Part shown: piece by piece, positions 48,017 through 59,288 of the stretch | Layout of the letters: each line of letters starts with the position of its first letter | Numbering within the stretch: the first letter of the stretch is position 1 | NCBI GenBank assembly: GCA_047495785.1 | Contig: JBLDXI010000015.1 | Location: 4,092,001 to 4,156,000, forward strand | Reading direction: 5' to 3' | Length of the DNA stretch: 64,000 nt | From: Lepidodermella squamata | Taxonomy: Eukaryota; Animalia; Gastrotricha | Translations under genes and position numbers: made by a program | Notes under the pieces: model-generated | Database searches by the model: none | Told to the model about the DNA's origin: nothing | The model's input: the letters and a program-made list of their open reading frames with translations, nothing else

Positions 48017-48533
48017 TTAATTATCTGGGTCACGAAGGTAATAAACTGTGCATCTGCATTTGTAGCCAGCTAAAATAGAGAAAAATATAAGAATAATGTA
48101 AAAAATTGGCCTGAAAATTTCACAAACCTGGGCATAAAGTGGAATAGACGGTATTGCCACCCATTTCAAGGCACGTTCCATTCGCATTCATACCGACAAA
48201 TTTGATTAAATACCGCTGCTGGCAGGCGTAATTGCAGTTAGCAATAGCTACATCCAGCGCGTCTCGAGCACTTCCGTGAAAATTGGTGTTCGGAGCTAGC
48301 GTAGTTGTTGTAGTCGTCGTCGGGCGAGGATTCGAGCAAGTTTTGCTCTGCGCATTCCAGACCCAAGCGTCGCGGCAGTCGCATACCCCCATCGGAAGTA
48401 TAGGATTCGGCTTTCGGCAGTAAAGAGCTGGATGGCAGCTGGAGTCAAAGAAGCAATCGACGCCGAATAGCAACTCGCCCGCGGTAGTTAAATGAAAGGC
48501 ACCTAACAACAGGAGACCTGCGAGCCTGAGCAT
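48017..48533 (-). CDS. Small secreted Cys-rich protein (EB/EGF-like module, Thr linker, second 6-Cys module); exons 48533-48128 and 48069-48017
   Basis: Signal peptide MLRLAGLLLLGAFHLTTA; C-x5-C-x5-C...CDC...C; TTTTTTT; NCNYAC...C...CP-AGYKCRC after a phase-1 intron. Confidence 0.7.
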
Positions 48534-48763
48534 AATGCTGCGTGAAAGCAAGAAAATTTCGACAAAGTAAGTCAAAGTTTACGGGCGTGTTCCTACACAA
48601 TTATAAAGTGCGCAAATAAAGCTTTTTTTATTGTCGGTGCTCGCCATTTTTTCCGCAACAGTAAAGCATTCAGCTATAGGCTTTGTAAACAAGAAATTAC
48701 AAAAACAAACAAAGGCATGAATAGATTCTTTTTATTTTAATAAAGCTAATATAGGATCAAAGG

Positions 48764-51691
48764 CTACAGGTCTAAAGTCATCGTAACCATGGCGTAGTCT
48801 TCAGGGGCATGGGAATAAGGTCGAGTACCGTCTGGAAGGACCAATTGGCAAGCATATACTGCGTTGCGCTCCTTGAACCCCAGCAAATCTCGTTCCAAAG
48901 TCTTATTAAAAATGAATGAAAAAAAACCAAGTTATTTTTGATAAATTAAAAGTTACCAGGGTTGCAGGTGAGGCATTTTTTGTCACGATTGTTTTAAAGC
49001 CGGCTTTTTTCGCCCGGCGAATTAGCTCGAATTCAAGCTCGAGAAACACCGATGAAGCGTCATTTTCCGGAATTTCCGACTCAACGTACAACATTCTATA
49101 CGACAAAACAGCCCCGAGTGGCAATTTCCCATCAGGTGAACCATATTGCTGGTACAATTCCTTGTGAACTGGAGCTTCAGTTGCATGTGAAAACGCGGCG
49201 ATAGCTTCTAAGCCGGCCCAGAAACTGGTATCAGGATTTTTTACCGCCAAATCAGTGCATAAAATTGCGCCAACTATCGCATCAGGCTGGCCGTTTTTAC
49301 GCTCATCAACGGCGACGAACGATAAATCGCCGGCTTTGGCGAAGAACGGCCAGTCGCCAACAATTGGGCGGTAATAAGCGTCGCTTGGTAATCGGAGTAA
49401 TTTACCAGCAATGGGCCCTAGAACCGAAAAGGAATAGCCCATCCGTTTTTGCACATAATGAGTCTCAGCATCTGACAACTCAGTTAAATTTCGGAAATTC
49501 AACCATCCAGGCCGCTCTTTAACTGAATCTGAGGTCGAAACGGCTAGCTGGTTGGAAACCTGTTCCAGCGATTTATTCGCCAGTAATAAATCGGCTGTTG
49601 CATTTGGAAAGCCAAGCTTGTTCAGAGCGAGGACTGCAGCGATGACTGACAATGAATTTCCGCCTAAATGGAAAAAAGTCGCATCCATAACGACTTGTTC
49701 GATTTCCAGGCCGAGAGTTGACGCTGTTACCAGTTTCACAGCTTCTTTCGCTGATTTTAAAACGTCTTTATCGTCGAATTTGTATTCACTGATAAGCCTA
49801 TCGATCTCAACGTTGCATTTCTCGAAATTGCGCTCGGCTAATTTTTTAAGGGCGATTTGATCAATTTTTCCGGTGTGAGCCTGAAGCGGGAAAGTTCCGA
49901 TCGGCATTGAGCTAAGAATTTCCGGCAGGGCGAATGGAGGCAGGTGTTCAGATAGAGATTTCCTAACGTTGTCTTGACGAAGACATACAGCTGCTTCAGG
50001 CCAAGATTCGTAAAAAGCAGCCAGTCGAAAGGTTGCTTTGTGTTCGACAGCGACTACGGCACATTTCGGTGTCTGACGTGAATTCGCGATTGGTGGCGAT
50101 TTTTCGAAAACGGCTCGAAGCACAGATTTTAGAGCGTCTTGAACTTGGATCGTACTGACGCGATTTCCTCGAATTTTCACCAAGCTGTCCCCTCTGCCGC
50201 AATAAACTTGAAACAAATTCGTAATAAAATTATAAGATGAACTTGATTAAAAGTTTATACCCAATTCTCCCCCATTCATGATTTTGCCAAGATCGCCCAT
50301 ACTTAATAGTCTATTACCATATCCGACATTAGCCAAGCTGGGTAATTTTACGGAGAATCGGTCGATTTGCCGTCTTGCCTCGCCGGCATAGCCTTGGCAC
50401 ACGTTGTCACCTGAAACGTAGATATGGCCAATTTGTCCGATTGGAACAGGAATGGGTAGATCTTCCTGGCAGACATAGATACTTGTGTTGTAAACGGGCC
50501 GACCCATCGAAACGAAGCCGTCGAACGTTCTCGCGATGACGTCAGCTTCACTCGCGAAAACAGCGGCTGTTACGTCGCCGGTGACTTCAGTCGAGCCGTA
50601 GAAATTCGCGAGACGAGGTTGGCTAGCGCTGTTGGCCAGGGTTCGGAAGAAACGACGGGCGAGGTCGGATGGCAACGCCTCGCCGCTGCTCACCACGAGG
50701 CGTAATGAGGCGAGGTCCGTTGAGGCACTGGGCAGTTCCAGCATTGCGGATAGGAGAGAAGGAACCAGGATCAGCCGGGTGACAGCGTGTTCTCGAATCG
50801 TGTCGGCCATCAACGCGGCCACGTTGTCGCTTGATGTTGCCGAGCTGCGCCACGCCTGTGCGTCGACTACGACGAGGCGCTGTAGTCGAAGCACCGCCCC
50901 GAGAACTTCGGTATACGAGTCCACGAACAGCACATTAGTCTTCGCGAGGCAAACATCAGACGCGTCCGGGGCAAAGGGCAACTCGGCCCACTGCCACCTG
51001 AGTCGGTTCAGGATATTTGCGTCAGTCAGACACACGCCTTTCGGGACACCCGTGCTACCACTTGTGTAAAGAATCAAGCAAACTCGATCGGTGTTTTCAG
51101 GTCCAGTAATCTCATCAGTATCGGAATTTTGATCGCTTTTCGATAAATCATCGTCATTTACCAGTATTGTTGGCGCAATTCCAGCGGGGATCATTTCCAA
51201 GTGACCATTATCCTAGAAATGTCCAGAAATTCACTTTTAATCTACCAAGCTTGCGTTTATTTTACCGTAATCACTGCCTGTGCTTTTGAATGGCCGATAA
51301 TGTAACGCCGCTGCTCGTTGGTTTGAACACAATCTAGCGGAACAAAAGGTACTCCAAGGGCGTTCAAGGCAAGTAAAACTGCTATCCTGCTGGCGCTCGG
51401 AGGCAACAGCACCGCTGCCGGCAAACTGTCTCCGTTATTCGCATTTTTGACGGTGAGTTCCAACTTTAGTTTCGATACAAGTCTTCCGATGTAGCTGTTG
51501 AGTTGGGAATAGCTAATAGCTTGCCCTTTTGGCAAAATTATGGTGGATGATGATGTTCGATTTCTGGCGACTTGACGTTGAAATTCTTGGAAAATTGTCT
51601 TTGCCGGTTCAGCTTCGAGGCGGGTCGGGTTGAATAAAATGCCGTCGGATACGCTAGGAATTTTCATCGAGTATGTTCCGTTCGAAGCCAT
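48764..51691 (-). CDS. ebony: Ebony-type NRPS-like synthetase, copy B; exons 51691-51266, 51212-50261, 50206-48957, 48901-48764
   Basis: Same A motifs; carrier motif FFHLGGNSL; C-terminal TKNASPATL...LGF...MTLDL*. The last exon is 138 nt, as in copy A. Confidence 0.85.
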
Positions 51692-52498
51692 TCTCGGCGA
51701 AAAAAAATCGTGTAATAGCCGGCGAGCGCGTACTATTTGATATATATAATGTACCTTGCGAGGAGTTATTTATTTTCACGACGTGTTGCCTGCTTATCAT
51801 AGGTAGCGCCCGTTCACCCATATAGCAGCGCAACTTCCTTGCGTCTGTTTTTCATTTACGCCGGCGCTTCTTCATCTTGCGTCCATAATAATAGGAACAA
51901 TCAGATAACAACTCGATACTTATCTATGTAGCCGGAAGACTCAATAATCTGGAAGAGAAATTATCTTAGGTCGATGAGCGGTAAAAAGTGTTAAGCTGGT
52001 TGGTGCGGGACCAATTATCATTCAAATCATTTAAATAAAATTCAACATATTAAATCGAAAATTGTCATTGTTTGTAACATTTAATTCTTTTCAATTTGGT
52101 ATTTCCATTCATTCATTGATTCACAATTTTGCATAGTCATCTTCTTCGTCGGCTGGGTCATGGCGCAGCAGCCTGAATCTAGGTCATCAGCCTCTCATTA
52201 GCGATAGACAGTCGTTTAATACGACGCACAAAAGCTGAACCTAACCACCTTAATAAAAATATAATCGCGTGATGATGACGTTCGTTTTTGCGACTTGGCA
52301 CGACGAACAAAAACGGCACGCGTCTATTTGCAATTGCTTGCGATAAAAGCAACAACAATCTTCGAAACTAATGCGTTTTCTCAGTTGATTATTGATTGAT
52401 TTTTTTGTGCTCAGATTCAAATCTTGCAAGAGTCTTTGACATCCATATTGGCTATTAAGCTTTTCTTATTGTTCAGAATAATTTTTATGGCATGAAAA

Positions 52499-53032
52499 AT
52501 GTCGAATGGTAAAGATGAACACCGAAGAGATCAAGGCAGCGGTACGATTTCACCTAAACCATTCGCATCACCATCGCCAGCGCCGTCGAAGCTGTTGAGT
52601 GAGGGTAGTATCGATTTACTTCAGAATTCGGACGGCTCGATCGGACCTCTGCCTCACATGCGCAGTTCAAGGCAGCATTTAGGAGAGCGGTTGGTTGACC
52701 AGACAGCCATCCAGCGAACTGTGAGCCAAACTGTGTTCAAGCCGATTTCGAGGCGATGTCGAGATAGCAGCTGTCGATCAGCCTCTGCCTTCCTGCCGAG
52801 CATTCTTGAAGCGAGACTGGCTAAACTGAGAAAATGGGCCCGAATAATTTCAATCATTGCCCTCATCTCCGGCTGTATTTTCGTGTCGATTCCAGCCGTC
52901 GTGTTAGCCTGGAGGAAAACTTCGACCATACAGAACTGCAAACGCTCGATCAAACTAAGTGTCACCGCTGTCATTATTCAAAACGTGTTCTTGCTGGTTT
53001 CTTTTGTGATATTCGTCGCACTGTGGAGATAA
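52499..53032 (+). CDS. CD225/dispanin-like membrane protein
   Basis: LRKWARIISIIALISGCIFVSIPAVVLA...KRSIKLSVTAVII. Confidence 0.72.
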   Translation: MSNGKDEHRRDQGSGTISPKPFASPSPAPSKLLSEGSIDLLQNSDGSIGPLPHMRSSRQHLGERLVDQTAIQRTVSQTVFKPISRRCRDSSCRSASAFLPSILEARLAKLRKWARIISIIALISGCIFVSIPAVVLAWRKTSTIQNCKRSIKLSVTAVIIQNVFLLVSFVIFVALWR

Positions 53033-53582
53033 ATTCTTGAAGGAAAAATTTTGAATTTCATAGACATTTTTAGAAGAGACGATCGATCTGGTTGCCTGAT
53101 TTTTCAGTTCGATTTTTAATCATTTTCGGTTTAATTTAGGTATTTTTCTCACAACTACTTCGAAGCTTTTTTTGCGCAGAAAACGTTAGGTGATGAGGTG
53201 TCCTGTGTTTTATTACCTGGGAATTGGGTCACTCGATTGCGCACACACACGCGAGCAACGCGTGGCTCGATTTTCTGCGTTCCCACGCTCGTACAGAAGC
53301 TCAACAGAACAAGACAAGGTACTTTATCATTTGGTATTTACTTCGATGCGCTCAGAATGAAATTGCTCAAGGTCATAAAATTTATTTTCCTATTTTTTTG
53401 AGAAAAAATTAAAAATGTCAATTTAATTTTGCCGATAACGAATTAGTTAGCAAATTGCTTATGGTCTTAAATACCTATAGCTATATTTTTTTATCAAGTG
53501 AAACATGCTTCTGTTTCGAATTTTTATTTTAGACAACGAACTGGACGAATTCATAGAGTTTGCCGTTGTATCAAATTGAAAA

Positions 53583-53963
53583 ATGTCCTACTGCTCGGTC
53601 GAAATGGTACGATACCCTCCTGGCTACGATCCATCATCGCCCGCGGCTAAATCTTCTCGAGCTGTGAGGCCGCGAATTTCGGAGCAATCCATGCCGCCGC
53701 TGGATCCTTTCGTCGCACGTGAGCGCCGCTGGGCCCTGTTTTGGTCGATTTTCTCCTTGTTTGGCGGCTGCGCCTGCTGCTCGATCTACGCACTGTACCT
53801 GGCGATGAAGCGCAACGCCCCGCTCAGCACGTATCGCAACTCGATCATGATCAGCCTGGCATCGTTGCTCGTCGCAATTTTTGTCATCATGATTTTCGCC
53901 TGGGCTGTTTATCCCCAATGCGCCAAATTTTCGCAACCGATTCGTCAAGCGATGTTTTGTTGA
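53583..53963 (+). CDS. CD225/dispanin-like membrane protein
   Basis: PPGY; RRWALFWSIFSLFGGCACCSIYALYLA...YRNSIMISLASLLV. Confidence 0.75.
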   Translation: MSYCSVEMVRYPPGYDPSSPAAKSSRAVRPRISEQSMPPLDPFVARERRWALFWSIFSLFGGCACCSIYALYLAMKRNAPLSTYRNSIMISLASLLVAIFVIMIFAWAVYPQCAKFSQPIRQAMFC

Positions 53964-54027
53964 TTTTTTCGTTGAAGATGTAAATTTGATTTGATCGAGA
54001 TGTAATTTTAATTTTTTCAATTTTTAG

Positions 54028-54249
54028 ATGTTTATTGCATTCGATAAGAAAAAAATCGAAAATGATTTGCGACGCGTGACCCGTGCAATTTTGGGGACTA
54101 TCTGCTTCTGTCTCAGCGTTCATCTTGCAGCCAATGCCTTGTTCCTGCTGGTTTTCAAGAACGCCAATGCCAATCGCGACATGCTTATTTTCGGAATCAT
54201 CTACACTTTATCGAAATCGCTTTTGTTCCAGTATTTCAAATTGAAGTAA
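54028..54249 (+). CDS. Possible small hydrophobic membrane protein
   Basis: ATG-initiated 73-aa ORF with two hydrophobic segments, inside the co-oriented small-gene array. Confidence 0.35.
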   Translation: MFIAFDKKKIENDLRRVTRAILGTICFCLSVHLAANALFLLVFKNANANRDMLIFGIIYTLSKSLLFQYFKLK

Positions 54250-54285
54250 AGCGTGAATTCTTCCGAATTTATAGGCTTTATATTT

Positions 54286-54678
54286 ATGACAAGTCAAAAT
54301 CTACAAGCTGCTCCTCAACCTGTGCCGCATTACAATGCGAGAAGCGTTTCAACTGATTTTCGAATCCCGCTGAAAGAATCCTCGATAACTAGATTTGCGA
54401 TCGAATTCGAAATCCAACGCGAGCGGCAATGCGCTCTAGCGTGTTCGATTTGCTCCATGTTTTTTGGCTGCTGTTGTTTATCGGCTTGGGCTCTGAACCT
54501 GGTTCTCTGTGAAACTGCTAGCCCTGAGACTAATGCAAAGGTCTTCAAAATCTGCTTCTATTCGATCCTTATAGGGGCGTTTTCTTATGTAATTTTGATT
54601 TCGGTATACACCTCCGCTGCCGGAAACTTGATTCAGCCAAATAAGACATCATTACAGCCAAATAAGACATATTGCTGA
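54286..54678 (+). CDS. CD225/dispanin-like membrane protein
   Basis: RQCALACSICSMFFGCCCLSAWALNLV...KICFYSILIG; C-terminal QPNKT repeat. Confidence 0.7.
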   Translation: MTSQNLQAAPQPVPHYNARSVSTDFRIPLKESSITRFAIEFEIQRERQCALACSICSMFFGCCCLSAWALNLVLCETASPETNAKVFKICFYSILIGAFSYVILISVYTSAAGNLIQPNKTSLQPNKTYC

Positions 54679-54735
54679 AAATTCAGTAAAATGCATGAAT
54701 TTGATATTTGTCTTTATTTCTAGGTATTTATTGAG

Positions 54736-55023
54736 ATGGGCTCAGGCTGGGCTGTCTGTGGATTTTGTTTCCTCTTAGTAGTGATTGCCGGCGTTGCTTT
54801 AGTTGTTGTATACTTCAACAACGACGACTTTCAGGAGTTCATCTCGGCCATGTTCAACAACAACAAGCTTCGAGAGGCCAAAATTCGCAATAGTACGGCC
54901 AAAGTATACATCGAGAGTCCAGACGATTCCTATTACGAACCACGAAATCAAAACCAATACAAGTTCGAATACAAGTACAAATCCAGTGGTTCAAAGAAAT
55001 CGAAAAAGTCGAAATATGGATGA
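54736..55023 (+). CDS. Small single-pass membrane protein
   Basis: N-terminal VCGFC plus TM helix and Lys-rich tail. Paralogous to 55134-55367. Confidence 0.6.
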   Translation: MGSGWAVCGFCFLLVVIAGVALVVVYFNNDDFQEFISAMFNNNKLREAKIRNSTAKVYIESPDDSYYEPRNQNQYKFEYKYKSSGSKKSKKSKYG

Positions 55024-55133
55024 AGCTATGTTTCCTGAGATGATGTGATGCGATGAATCGACTTTGTGCCAATAAAATCTTTCATGCTCATATCTGATTG
55101 TTTCCCAATTTATAGGATTTGTTATCGCAATTG

Positions 55134-55367
55134 ATGGCTAATTCCTGCGGTGTCGTATGCGGATGTTTTTTCAGCACCTTAGCCGTGCTTTTCGGCACTG
55201 CTTGCATAATCATGTTTTGCGACGCTGAAGTTTGGCAATTCGTCAATCGCCTATTCCAACCCTGCCGATTTCCTAAGCATTGTTTCAATTCAACGACGAT
55301 GGCCAAAGTGCAGTCTACATCATTACTCACCTCGTTTGTCCCTGCGAACTCGCGACGAACGATCTAA
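55134..55367 (+). CDS. Small single-pass membrane protein, paralog of 54736-55023
   Basis: Shared pattern M..S...VCG...G.A....F....F...F...NST..AKV. Confidence 0.5.
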   Translation: MANSCGVVCGCFFSTLAVLFGTACIIMFCDAEVWQFVNRLFQPCRFPKHCFNSTTMAKVQSTSLLTSFVPANSRRTI

Positions 55368-55608
55368 TATTGGCTGATTTTTCTGTGAACTATTTGTCGC
55401 GCTCATTTTTCGAGAAATTTATTATTGAATTGTGGAATTAAAATTATTCGAAATCATCTTATATTGTTCTGGTTGCAAGGTTAAGTTTTTTATAGGTTTT
55501 TTCCGAGTTGGAAATGCCCCAATTCCGAATTTTTAACTAACGGTGAGCTGAATCTCTCCTAATTATGGCATGATCATTTTTTCTTAAGGTTGTGCGAGTT
55601 TTCGATTG

Positions 55609-56043
55609 ATGCCAGCTGCCGCTCATCGATTTCGAGTGTCATCGAAACGTCCTCTTCCAAGGGAGAAGAAATCCTTCGAAGATATGGTGAAAAATATGTT
55701 CTTCTCATTAGGATTTGTTAACTGGCTTCTCATCGCCGTTAACGCCATGGAATTTCCGAACTTCAACTTTTCAGTGACTAATCGGACGTTTAAAAAAGTT
55801 GTATTGAATTACTTAGATCTACTTATGCCCTTCCTCTTTAGTTTGCCTGTCTACTCGCTATATTGTCTTGTTATTTGTTGCAAATACGGTACTGGTTTGC
55901 CGTGGTCGGCTTACCGTGTCAAGGTTTCGTTCCTTTTAACATTATCAGTCATCTTCTCTGTGTTGAATTTTCTGTACGTGGCTGCTCTCATTTCATTTCG
56001 AATTGGCAGGGTGTACCACCCATCGATGATGAACTGGCTGTAA
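55609..56043 (+). CDS. Unknown three-TM membrane protein
   Basis: Three hydrophobic segments with N-x-S/T sites between TM1 and TM2. Confidence 0.55.
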   Translation: MPAAAHRFRVSSKRPLPREKKSFEDMVKNMFFSLGFVNWLLIAVNAMEFPNFNFSVTNRTFKKVVLNYLDLLMPFLFSLPVYSLYCLVICCKYGTGLPWSAYRVKVSFLLTLSVIFSVLNFLYVAALISFRIGRVYHPSMMNWL

Positions 56044-56221
56044 TAGCTATTTCTCGAAGAAAACATTGTTAAATGCTGCATTTTATTAGGTAATCTCGGT
56101 GTTAATTTCATTTTTCAAGTGCGAAAACTGAACGGATGAAAAATTGACATTAAAATTGTTTGATCTGATCAATGAGGCAAATTCGTAATTATAGTGATAA
56201 AAAACTGTCTCTAATTTATAG

Positions 56222-56692
56222 ATGGATTCGCGTAAGGATGAAATGCCAGCGACTGCTCCTGAAATCGACCCTGCAACAGCCAATCAACCACCGAAATACT
56301 GGAATCCGAATAGCGGGCTCGGCGGGCCTTTCTCACCTGTTCAGTACCCGCAACCGCCGCAATCTGTTGCTTTCTCTCCGACGACAGCTAACAGCAGCCA
56401 GCAGCATGTTTTGGTGAACATGCAGCCTAAATCGCAGGACAACAGGGAGCTGCAACGATGCGCTCTGACCTGGGCCATTGCGACCCTGCCGATGTGTTGC
56501 TGTGAGCTGTCAATGGCCGCGCTTTACATCGCGCTGAAGCCGAATGGACCAAGATCGATTTACAAAACATCCCTTTACATCACTGCGGGTTCAGTGGTTC
56601 TTGGCTTTATTATGTGGGCAGTTCTAATTAAAGTATTCTTAGAATATTCGTCGACGAAGTCTGTGTATTATCCTGAACCGTATAGTCCTTGA
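56222..56692 (+). CDS. CD225/dispanin-like membrane protein
   Basis: PPKY; LQRCALTWAIATLPMCCCELSMAALYIA...YKTSLYITAGSVVLG. Confidence 0.75.
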   Translation: MDSRKDEMPATAPEIDPATANQPPKYWNPNSGLGGPFSPVQYPQPPQSVAFSPTTANSSQQHVLVNMQPKSQDNRELQRCALTWAIATLPMCCCELSMAALYIALKPNGPRSIYKTSLYITAGSVVLGFIMWAVLIKVFLEYSSTKSVYYPEPYSP

Positions 56693-56802
56693 GCGTAGGA
56701 TTGAGAGTATCAGAATGAAAGCGGATGAGTCGTTGAGAAATAAAAGCTCGAAATAAATCAGAATTCATTCAGATTTTAGACTTTTTTCGTTATAGTTTAT
56801 TA

Positions 56803-57192
56803 ATGGCGGAAATAGATAAACTGGCAAAGAAGCCGTCGACCGTTAGTGGCCTAGCCATGACGTCTTTCGACTCGATTCAAGCCGAAATTCGCGATCGAGC
56901 TATTCTACGACAACGCGCTCTGTGTCTTTCGATATTTTCCCTTATTTTCGGTTGCCTTCCACTGTCTGTTGTTGCGATAGTCTTGGCTTGCGATAAAGAG
57001 GCTGATATGGACACGTGGCACAAGTCGACTGGCCTCAGCCTCATTTCAACTATTTTAGGACTCATTTTCAGCATCGCATTTCTCCCGCGAATTTGGGCGT
57101 TGCTTAATGGGACCGAAAATAACAATTCTACGCCCTGGCCACTGCTGAATTGGACCGAAAATAACAATTCCACGTCCTTTTACGAAAAATAA
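56803..57192 (+). CDS. CD225/dispanin-like membrane protein
   Basis: LRQRALCLSIFSLIFGCLPLSVVAIVLA, the copy closest to the canonical CD225 CLPLGIVAI; duplicated LLNxTENNNST tail. Confidence 0.78.
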   Translation: MAEIDKLAKKPSTVSGLAMTSFDSIQAEIRDRAILRQRALCLSIFSLIFGCLPLSVVAIVLACDKEADMDTWHKSTGLSLISTILGLIFSIAFLPRIWALLNGTENNNSTPWPLLNWTENNNSTSFYEK

Positions 57193-57259
57193 AGACTTGA
57201 ATTCGTGTGGATTTGATTTTAATTTTTTTTTCAATTTATTTCTCGATTTGTAGAGGTGT

Positions 57260-57775
57260 ATGTCTGAAAGCCCAGGTTTGAAACCGCAGTCGGGTCGATC
57301 GAACCCTGGCGGGAAGGTCTCTAATATTCCGGTTCACCTTCATTATCTACCCGATCGGACGCAATCTCAGGTTGTCAATACTACCCGCTGCTCAACCGCA
57401 GTTCGCACCTGCGTCTCATCGCCGGAATTGCGAAAACGAGCCGAGTCGACGGCTCGGATAAAGCCGCTGGTTGAACTCATAGCTCAATGGTTTCTCGTTC
57501 TATCGGCTGTTTTCGTAATTATGACAATAACTTGGCTCGACGTTTTGCCAATTTCCAACAACAAGTACTACGCTCGACTCATCCTGACCAAGTTTGTGAT
57601 CACCTGTTCCGGTATAATGGCTACTGGCTGCTGTCTAATCAGCATTGGATGCGCGATTTCGACGGGTTTCGATGCGATAAAGCCTGAAGTTGTCAAAAAT
57701 TCGCATATCGCCGTAGTTTTGGCTTGTATTACACTCTTCGCTTTCGCTATAAGACTATTACTTGCTTTCAATTAA
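57260..57775 (+). CDS. Unknown three-TM membrane protein
   Basis: Three hydrophobic segments and a GCC motif; possibly a distant family member. Confidence 0.55.
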   Translation: MSESPGLKPQSGRSNPGGKVSNIPVHLHYLPDRTQSQVVNTTRCSTAVRTCVSSPELRKRAESTARIKPLVELIAQWFLVLSAVFVIMTITWLDVLPISNNKYYARLILTKFVITCSGIMATGCCLISIGCAISTGFDAIKPEVVKNSHIAVVLACITLFAFAIRLLLAFN

Positions 57776-58657
57776 AACCTGTTCCACCTTATAATAATGT
57801 ATCGGCTATAGTTTGGTTCAAGCGAAAAAAAAATAAAAAATTGGCAGCTGTGGAGAATTTTTTATTTTCTCGAAGTTGGCAACACGAATCGATGCAAAAT
57901 AAAATTATTCACGCCTTGAAAAGCATATGTCATTTGCGCCGATAATTTAATTTCCATTGAGAATTGAAAGTCACGAGTCATGTGTCAAGAAAATCAAAGA
58001 GGCAATTTTCATCCAGGAATTTGAGCTCCTCCGCTACTTTATTTGCCTGGTTTATATTTGGATTTTCCCCCAATAATTTATGAAAACAACGCTTCGCCTC
58101 AACGAAAACATAACTAGAATCGAAAAATAGCAACATAATACACATATAAGCGAAAATCCTCGTTAAATCACCATGGAATTTTACGTATGGATCGGGCTCT
58201 CATAATATCGATTATATATCGCCGATTACTGATCGGTGATGGGCGAAAACACGCTCGTTAATAGAAACGATACAATAAACAACGCTATATAGCACGACCG
58301 TTTTTTGTACCCATGGTATCAATAACCGCACTCTGTTTGCCCACAATAGGGCAGAAGCATTGGTTAAATCAATCTTCGCTATTCAACCGGGCTATAATAG
58401 ATGATGCGAGCCCTTATATACAGTTCCAGTTTCCTCGCAGTTTACCTGCGATTTACCGATAGTTTATACCTTAGTTGATTTACAGTTTTTGTTAGACAAA
58501 AAACGTATGATTGTTTGGGCAATTTTTGAATTTTTTTCCGTAATTTAATTAATTAATTGAAAATTATTAAAAAGTCAAATTTTGATAATGAAGGCACTTT
58601 TTAAGGAGGACTTTTTATTTTTAAGTCTAGGTCTAATATTAATTTCCTATTTTAAAA

Positions 58658-59005
58658 ATGCCATCAGCTAAAGACCGAGGTGAACAAACAGTGGTCTTTA
58701 TCGAGCCCTCAGCAACAAATTCACCAACAGCAATCAACATCAACGCAAGTAATGCCCCTCAGAGCGAAACAGACGAAAATCGGCGCCTTCAAGGCAAAGC
58801 TCTGACCTGGGCCATCGTATCAGCTGTACTCGGTTGCCATTGGCTGGCCATTCCAGCGCTTATTCTCGCCCTTCGAAGCGGCGGAACGCCCGAAAACTAC
58901 AATCGGTCAATCAGATTCAGCATAGCCGGCATTGTTGTCGGCATTTTCGCCATCGGTCTTTATATCACCTTATTGCTATACATGCTCCGAGTAATCAAGT
59001 TTTGA
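58658..59005 (+). CDS. CD225/dispanin-like membrane protein
   Basis: LQGKALTWAIVSAVLGCHWLAIPALILA...YNRSIRFSIAGIVVG. Confidence 0.78.
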   Translation: MPSAKDRGEQTVVFIEPSATNSPTAININASNAPQSETDENRRLQGKALTWAIVSAVLGCHWLAIPALILALRSGGTPENYNRSIRFSIAGIVVGIFAIGLYITLLLYMLRVIKF

Positions 59006-59288
59006 TCTATATTAAGTGAAATAAAGAATTTATCGTCGTAATAATGAAATTGCTCTGAACTGGTGTATTGCCGCATCAGAAATCAATCGATCATATTCGG
59101 CGCCGCGCAAATCCGCCGCATGACCAGTGTGTAAAAATTTAGTTATATATCTCAGCCGGTATCATCATTACAAAGTGGCCAATATCAATTTATTTTTTTA
59201 TCGTCTCACACCAACTGGAGCGGAACAAATTGTACTCGAAAGCGCGACGCGGTTGTTTTCAGAAATAGCTTTATTTATTTCTAAAACT

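Noticed and set aside
43582-51691. Bacterial NRPS cluster, contamination or recent horizontal transfer
   Set aside because: The genes have spliceosomal introns, no condensation or thioesterase domain, and the A-T-GNAT layout of animal Ebony.
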